Source: a virus (taxonomy: Duplodnaviria > Caudoviricetes). Taken from it: a stretch of 54,629 nt of DNA. The DNA lies in the IMG/VR virus record IMGVR_UViG_3300038696_000641, positions 1 through 54,629 of that record. One strand, written 5' to 3'. A program made the position numbers and the translations under genes. Below are positions 9,201 to 18,200 of this stretch, piece after piece. Below the pieces are notes generated by a model. That model was not told the origin of the DNA and ran no database searches. It saw only the letters and a program-made list of their open reading frames with translations. Numbering within the stretch: position 1 is the stretch's first letter; the number at the start of each line of letters is the position of its first letter.

Positions 9201-12200
9201 GTGCCCGATGGGTCTGGATCACGCCCGCCGACTTCGCCTGACCGCACCCGCTCAAAGACTGACGCCGCAGTGTTCATGCCGTTACCTGTCAGGACATTGA
9301 TGATTGCATCCAGAATGTCCTTGAGCTTCTGCATGGCACCGCGCTCCGCTGCCGTCAGGCCGGTATCACGCCCGTCCGCCCACTCGCGGTACATCTCCGC
9401 CACGATTTCCTCGATCTTTGTGGCCTCGGACTTGCCTGCATAGAACTTTTCGACCTGTGCGCGCAGCCGCTTGTTCTTGCGCGCCGCCGCAACAAGTGTG
9501 CGCCATTCCTGTTTGGTGAATGCCCCGTTTTCGCCACCAAACACGTCTTTGCTTCTCAGCGCATGAATGACCTCATGGCGCGCAATGCCCAATGGTCCAT
9601 CCGGTGCCGCCATGGACACGCCGATCACACCGTCAAGGAAGTACCCATCAAGGCTCTCATAGCCTTTCCCGAAGTTGTAGGCTTCATCGTTGAGCGTCAG
9701 CGCAATGCGGCCGCCGGTGGCTTTGCCCACTTCGCGCTCGATCTGGCGCACCGTCTTGTTGATATCGCGCTTTGCTTGTGTCGCGTCTTGGAATGAAGCG
9801 GTCGACGGCTTGGACTGTGATGCACGGAAGTTAGCGCCGCCATCATCATCGAGACGCATTTCCATTGCGTCTTTCGGTGCTGGCGCGCGATCTGGCGCGA
9901 CGGCCTGAGCAACAGCTTCAGCATCATAGATGTTCAGCACGCTCCAATTTGACGTCTGATTGCCTTCATCATCCTTTGTGGCGTTCTCTTGCGCCTCAAT
10001 GATGACAGCCTCACCGGTATCCATGTTTTCTGCTTCAAAGATAGCAATCCGGCCTGTTTTATCAGTCCCTTCAATGCGTCGCGTGCCATTAGGCGCACCC
10101 CAGTCAGATACATACGTCTGGCCAGCGTTCTTGAACTGGATGTTCTCAGTAATTGGTTGGGCTGTATCGTCAGCAATAAGATCGCGCCCTTTGTCATCGC
10201 GTGCAGCAAAGTAGTTTTCGCCAAGCGCGGCATTCTCAGACGCAAACTTGACTTCCTCGACACGCACCAGCGCAGACAGGCGGGCAAGGCGTTCTTCAGC
10301 GTCAATTACCTTTGAACGGTCTACGCCAACATCGAGCAGGCTTTGCATCTGTGGTTTCAGCTCGGCGTGCCGGTTTTGCTCCTTGCTAAAGCGATTTGCT
10401 GCGGCTTCGGCCCGCATAGCAATGTTTTCCGGCGACAGCGCGCGCAACAGCTTGTCCGACTTTCTGAAGTCTTTGGCGGTTATGGAGAAATCATCAGAAA
10501 TGGAAATTTCGTAATCTGCGTTGGGCGGCATCAGGAACGAACGATATCTTACCGCGCCAGTTTGTTGTTTGTCAGCCATCATCGCCACAGACCATCCACC
10601 GCCCATGGCGATGTTGAACCGCTTTGGTTCGGAGTATGTGTTTTCTTGAGCGTCCTTCAGAACATCGTATACTTTGCGCTCCCACCCGCCACTAGGACGG
10701 TCGGTCCAACGTGTCGGGGCAGTTGGCATTTCCGGCAGTTTTTCTTGCTCTTTGCGTGGCTTGCCCTTGTTTCGCTCTCGGATTTCGTCGGCCAGCGCCT
10801 CAAGGCGGGCCTTCTCTTCCCGATACGCGCCTGCTTGAGCGTCCCAGTCGGCCAGGTAGCTGTCAGCGCCATCACCGATCTTATCAACGGAAAAACCTGC
10901 ATAATCATCTGCACGCTCTTTCAGCACACGCTGCCTGCCATCATAGGACTTCATGAAATCCTTGGCTTCGGACAGGTTCCGCAGCTTTGAAGCAATTTCG
11001 GCGCGGGCATTATCCCGGTCTTTCTCGGCCTGCATTTTTTGGAGGAAGATTTCCTTGCCCGTCGATTGCGCCATGAACTCTGCGTATTGGTCGGCGTCAC
11101 CACCTTCTTCAACAATGGAATCGGTAGCCGCATTCATAAACGTCTCGATTGCGGATGCCTTCCGTTCGAGCACCTGCCACTGAACAACGTCAGCGGTTTG
11201 CTCAGTCGAATAGGCGATGATTTCCACTTCAAAATTGTCGGGATCGGCCTGATAGAACTCATTGCCTTGCCGAATAATGCGGCCTTCACGCTGCTCCATA
11301 TCTGATGGACGCCATGGCGCATCGATGTGGTGCAACGCCACCAGCTTCTTTTGCGCGTTTGTACCGGCCCCCATCTTCTGCGTTGATCCAAGAAGCACGC
11401 GGACACGACCTTCATTGACGGCCTCAAAGAGTGCGTTTTTCTGAATGGTGGTGTTGTAATCATGGATGAAGGCAATCTCGTCTTCTGGAACACCCTTTTC
11501 GATCAGCGCTGCGCGCATGTCGTCATAGAACGAAAAGCCGGTGTCTGCCGTGAACATGGATGCCGCGGCATCTTGTGCTGCTTCGCTTTCCATAAATTCA
11601 GTCAGGCTGTCACGCTTCCGTGTCGTCGTGTCGAGGTCATCAATTGCATTTTCGATTTCACCGAGAAGATCGCCCCATATTTCAGCGTAGGTTTTGCCTT
11701 CGCTTTGCTTCAAGCGTGCAGTCAAGTCCGAACCTTTGACGCCAAGCTTCTCATATGCGGACTTTATCACGCGCTTTGCGTCACGTTCCGCAGCCTTGGA
11801 TGGCGCGCTCATGTCGCAGAATACCATCTGCGCGCCTTTGCGCTCTTTGTTCTCTTCCCAAATGCGGAACACTTCTGCTGACGATCGGTCGACCTTCGAT
11901 CCTTCTTCGCGGCCCAGTGTTGGATCGATTGTACGGATATCAACGGACGCCTTGCGCGCGTCTGTGAGTACCCACAAGGCGTTATCGACGGACATATAAT
12001 CCTTGTTGCTCTTGTTTGCCTTGATACCGGCCATGCGCATCACAAGGTATCTGACAAACTCTGTCATTTTCGGCGTCGGTGGCGCCAGACTGATCCTGCG
12101 TGCGCCACCCTTGATTTTGGGTGTCGGGAACCGCGTTGAAACCTGCTTTGCTGGGTCTGGCTGGGCCGCGTTACGCGCCTCCATTTGCTCGGTATACATG

Positions 12201-15200
12201 CGCTCCACGTCAGGCCGCATGACGATATCGCTGAATGAGCGGTAAAGCTGGGACAGCGGGCCAAGGTTGATCATGCCGGACATGATGTTGCGCTCTTTGA
12301 GCTGCATCGATGCCGTGTATTCAAACCGGCTTTCATCCTGAATGAAGCCCGCCTTCCAAGCGTCAAAGCTGCCAATGCCCATAGACTTCAAGGATTCTGG
12401 TATCAGGTACTTCATCATCGAGTAGATTTCGACCAGTGAGTTAGAGATTGGTGTGCCTGTCAGGAAAGCGACACCGGACCCCTGTTGTTCCTGCAATGTG
12501 CGAACCTTCATCAGCATGTCAAACGCGCGCTGGCTGCCGCCAGGGGGGTTCATGCCGACAAGCCGCGAGGCAGTGGTCGTGTATTCAAGGTTCTTGAACA
12601 GGTGCGCCTCGTCAACGGCGAGATAATCAACACCCAAGTCCTTCCATCCAATGATGGAACTGTCCGCCTTTTCGGCCAGCTTGTCATTGAGCTCTTTCAG
12701 CTTGTCGGTCAGTTTATTGAGGCGTGACCCCATCTGGCCTACGCTTCTCCTGCTTTGTCCGCTGGCTCTTGCTTCCTGCATGGCGGCATTGAGCTCTTCA
12801 ATTTGCTCATTGAGATACTTGCGCGATGTGTCTGCATCATTTTCGATCTTTGTGAGCTGCGAGTGACCAATGATCACGGCATCATAGTCGCCTGTCGCGA
12901 TACGGTTGATCAGCTTCGAGCGATTGGCCGGCGCAAAGTCTTTCTCGGTTGGCACAAGAATGTTGGCCGCTGGGTAAAGCTCAAGCCATTCACGGCCCCA
13001 CTGGCCAGTCAGGTGGTTTGGAACCGCGACAACAGCTTTGCGTGTCAGGCCCATACGCTTGCGCTCCATGATCCCTGCAATAGCCGTGAACGTTTTGCCT
13101 GCGCCGACAACGTGATGAAGCAACGTCACCTTGTCTTGGATCATGCGCCATGCGCCATTCTTTTGACTGTTGCGAAGATCAATCTCTGGCGAGTTTCCGA
13201 CCATGCGCAGATAGCGCACCCCTTCATACTTGCGCTCCGTGACCACGTTCATTTTTGCATTGAAGGCATCGATAACCATGCCTGCCCGCTCAGGATTGGC
13301 ATAAGCCCATTCGGGAAACTCTTTTGACATGCGCTCGTATGCGGCGACGGCCTCTTTCGTGGCTTCTTCGTTTTTTACCCGCCTATCACCTTCGGGCGTT
13401 CTGATTGTGTCATATACGACCGGTATCTTGCCTTTGATCGCGTGCTCAAAAATACGACCTGCATCCATGCGCTCGGTCGCAAACTGCTGCCCGAACTCTG
13501 TAAGAGCACCGATCGACCCTGTTTCGACCGAAGCCATGCCAACGGTTTCCTGAATGCTCACTTTCGCGCTGGGGTAGCCCAAGGCTTGCAAGAATGATGA
13601 GAACACCTCTTTTGGTATCCACAACGACCGGATCGATGGTGTGATTTGGTCCTGTCTTTTTGCGGGCGGCATTGCTTTGTTAAGGTGTGGCACATTCTGA
13701 TACATGCCCGCGCTTTCCGCGTCCTTAATCCGCTCCGCCAAGTTTCCAGACAGATAGACCTCTGCAAGCTCATATCGCCCTGTTTTGGGGTTCTTGAAGG
13801 CCATCGGGTCTTGCCCTGCCGTCATTTCCTTTACAACGTCTTCGGTCGATTTCCCTGACAACTCTCCGATTAGGATAGGATCAACATGCCCGCGCTCTGC
13901 CATGGACACATGCAGGCCATCTGCGACGCTTTCCACGCTGTCCGGCATCTTGTGCGGGTAAATCACGCGCTTGCTCAGGATCGGCGCATCTTTGGCCGTT
14001 TCATCATTGACGCCCTTCTTTGCGGGCTTGTAGCCAATCTCCAATGCAAGCTCTGTTCCCACATCGCCCCGCAGAACAGCCTCGTTCTTTGAATTGTTGA
14101 GGTATCCATGCGCCTTTTTGAATTTGCGATACGTTTCACGCAGGGTCCGTCGTTTGCCTTCGAGGATCTGCGGCTCGGCGTCGGCGCGCTCAAGTCCGAT
14201 CAGCTCTTTGGTCTTTTGGCGTAGATCAAGCATAGCGGACAGACGTTGGAAACCATCTGAACCCAGGCGCTTCCGATTCACCTGCTTCTCATAAGTCTCA
14301 AGAGAAGACATAGCCTCCTTGGTGGGCTTTTCCGCAAAGAGAAGGTTGGACAGGTTGTCAGCCATTGCTGCTTCATACTTGGCCTTCTGGGGCATCGGCT
14401 CACTGGCCAGATCGATCAAGCCTGCATCTACGGCGGCATTCTTGGCGCGCTGTTCGATGTTGATCCGGTCCTCAAGCGAAACCTTGGAACGTGCTTTCTT
14501 GGCCGAAATTAACGCGCGGACCTCTTGCACAAGGCGGCCCTTTGCCTCGGCTTCATCCTGCCAGAACGTGTCTTGTGTGACTTCCTCAACGAATGATCCG
14601 TCTCCATCGTTCCGACCGCGTAACACCTTGCCTTTGGCGTCGAGCATCATCTTACCATCGGCAAGCGTCGATGACGTGTCCTGCGCAGTGGTTGCCGCCT
14701 CAAGCGCTTCTTCACGGCTAGGAAGGGTGGCAGTGATACTATCAATCGCCTGATCCAGCGATGCCTGCATATCGCGGCCATCATCATGCAGGGTAAATTC
14801 ACCCTTGCCATTCGGATCGCGCCCACCGGCATACATGGTCCCATCCATGGCCGGACGGCCCAGCATCATATCTGGGTTTGCCGCAAAGTAGCTGTTGATG
14901 CGCGTCCCGTTCGGGCCTTCGACGCCGGTATCGAGCCAGCTTGTGTCGCCCTCGCCTTCGCCTGCTTTGCGTTTCTGAAAAAACACAATGTCGGTTGTGA
15001 CTTGCGTGTTGGCGTTTGCCTCAAACGCTGTGTTCGGAAGGCGGATTGCGCCTAGGAAGTTAAAATCAGGCGCAATGCCGCGACGTGCATCACTGTTGGG
15101 TGTGTCGAGGAAGCGGCTTGTGACCACCATGCTCATGATCCCGCCTTCGCGCAAAAGCTGGCCAGTCTTTGCAATGATGAAGTTGTGAACCTTCATCTTG

Positions 15201-18200
15201 CCCAGATCGGGGTGCATCTTCTTGTTGCCTATTTGCTCCGCGCCAAATGGCGGGTTGCCGATAGCCACATCAAAGGTTGCGCTGCGGAATGGCGCATCCT
15301 GAAAGCCAGTACCGTCAAAGACATTGGCTTGCGGGTACAGGTTCTTTGCGATCATGCCGGTGATCGGGTCGAGCTCGGACGCATACCATTCGGTTTTGGC
15401 TGACAGGTCCGCCGGTTGCAGGCCCAAGAAATTGCCCGATCCGATTGTGGGCTCCAATGCGCGACCACCATCAAAGCCGAAGTTGCGCATGGCGCGCCAC
15501 ATCGCCTTAACCACGACACGCGACGTATAGTGCGCGTCATTGGTGGAACGCATGGCAGCAACGTACTGCTCGCCGCTCAATAGCTGTTTCAGCTCGGCCT
15601 GTGCCTTGCCCCACTGGGTGTTGGTTCCCTTGTGCTTTTCGTCAAAGAGGGTTTTCAGGCCACCCCAGCCGACCCAACGGGCAAGAACGTCTTGTTCTTC
15701 GCGCGTGGCGTAGCGGTTTTCACTTTCGAGTTGAAATACAAGGCGCAACGCCGCCATGTTGGCGGCCAGCTTTTGACCGTCAGTCCCTTCGCCCAGGGCG
15801 AAGTCGTCGGAAATTACATAGTTCGGTTGAGGCGTGCCATTGGGGGCTGATCCGGTGCTGTCAGCACTTGATCCCGGACCGTCGCCCACGCTTCCGCCCT
15901 CGTCATCGACGGCAGGCTCTCCCGCGCCGTCTTCATCATCTTCTCGGCGTCCATCGTTATCCGATCCACTGTCAGGCTGTCCGTCTCCGTCCATTCCTTG
16001 TTCGGTGACTTCGCCTGTAGGTTCTCTTTGACCGCCATCTTGATTTGTAGATTGTTCATCTGGGCCCTCATTTGCGGCCTGATCGGCCTCGCCTGCCTCT
16101 GGTGTATCCGATTCCGTGTCATTTTGCGAGATGGTTTGCTCTTCGGCCAGTGCTGCGCGCACCTCGGCCATAACAGCGGACGCATCATCCATGCCTGAGA
16201 TGTCTTCACCGGCTAGGTCCATGTTGTCGCGCACATGGTTGTAGGCCGCGCGCATGGGCTCTTGTGCCTCACGCATGGAAAGGCCGGTTGTTTCTGCGAA
16301 GTCACGCAGCATTTGGCCGAATTTCTTTGCGCCGCCTTCGATGTAAAGGGCGACAAGCTCACCGCCAAGGATGATGTATTCAGGATCAAGGCCGCTGCTG
16401 GCCTGATTGCGTACCTTTGCGGCAAGTCGTGCTTTCAACTCGGCCGCACGATCCTGCTTTTCCTGTGAAAGACCGGATAGAAGGCCGCTGGTTGCGGGTG
16501 CTGTATCCGCGATAACTGGGCTGTTTGAGGTGTTTTCTGTTTGCGTTGCCGCAGGTGCTTCCGCCCCCTGATCCGTAGCTTTCTCGCGGTCTTGCAAGAT
16601 ATCTGCACGAGCAGAATAGATCCAACCCAGCAAGTCAGGACGTGCCGTTTCGATGTAATCTGTCAGTCCGTCGAGCATGTCGGCGGGCGCGGCCTCAAGC
16701 ACGCGATACACGTCTTGAGAGCGCAGCTTATCAACGCTGTCGGCCGCAACGTTGATCAAGGTTTCATTGGTCGGCTTCGGCTCTGGCGCGGCCTTCTTCT
16801 TAAACGGGAAGTCCAGATTGCCAGAAACCGGCTTGGTGCTGTCGAAGTTGCTGTCAGACGTGCTTTCCAGCCATGCCTTGAGCTGGGCAACGCTGCCCTC
16901 GAAGAATGCGCCAATACGCTCGTCAGCGCGACCATCATTGAAAGCGCCACGATAGGCTGTCAGTGCGGCCCCGCGCGAAGGGAAGCCAACCATGATCTTG
17001 TGTTCATCAAACTTGCCGCTGTCCGCGTCCGCCTGGTCGATCCACATGACGTAATCAGCATCGGGTGCCTCGCCCATGTAGAAATCAACATGCTCGCCGT
17101 CTGCACCTTCGGTCTGCTTGAAATAGCCATAGTGCGCGGGCATGGTCACGGACCACGTTTCGCCGTCCTGATCGGTCCCGCTGCGCTCACTGCCCTTGGC
17201 GTTCTCGATAGTCAGGTTCATGCCATTCCAGATGATATGGCCCTTTTGATAGTTTCCGGCTTCTTTCTGCCCGTCCGTTGGGTTCGGGTCGGCATCAGCC
17301 GCCGCTGCATCGACATCTTCTTTGGCGGGTGGCGTGAGGGGCTGCCCAATACGCTTGCGACCGCCCCGCTCACCACGATTGGCCTGCTCTGCGGGATCAT
17401 CAAAGAGCATCGGCACACCGTCGCGGTATGTCAGGGTAGGATCGCGCTCGATCATGTCTATGAGGCTGCCAAGTTGCTCGTCACGCAGGTTTGCCGACGA
17501 TGCAATCAATGCGCCCATATCGCGCGCCAGTGTTTCCAGCTTTGCGCTGTTGATTGAGAGACGCGCTATTGCGCCATCCAGCTTGGTCACTTGCAGCTGC
17601 TTTGGTGTGACCTTCAGGACCGTCCCATACCCGGGCAACACGTCGCCTTCTTTGGCGTTGGCAAGCGCGATATTGCCAAGGCTCAAGTCGCTGCTGTCAC
17701 CAATGCCGTTTACCGGCGCATCGACGCGGGCTTTGCTTATGCCCAGCTTGCGGTTGGGGTAATCAACAGAACCAGAACTGTCCTTTACTTGATTTTTGCC
17801 AGTATCGTTATTATCTCTCTTTGTGCCGCGCCCGGGCAGCGGAGCCATGCTGCCCCATAATTCACTGAGAGTGCCTGTAAACTTTTCAGCGAGACGCGGC
17901 GCTCCTTTATCGTATGAACCAATTAACCACGCGCCTGATTGCCCATCCCAGTCAAGGCGAACACCGGCACGATCTGAGTCGCTTTCAAGCTGAATGCGAT
18001 TTTCGGTTTTGCTTGTAACTGTCATGCGTGAAATACGCCCTTGCAGGTCATCCAGAACCTCTGGGTGCCACGCAATCAACTTAGATAGCCCGTATCCATC
18101 ACTACGGCGCGTTCCGGCCTTGCCCCAAACGAGCGATATATCCCCTACATCGCGGTGATTAAGCGCGCCTGTTGCCTCACCAGTCTGCCTGCGCTCCAGC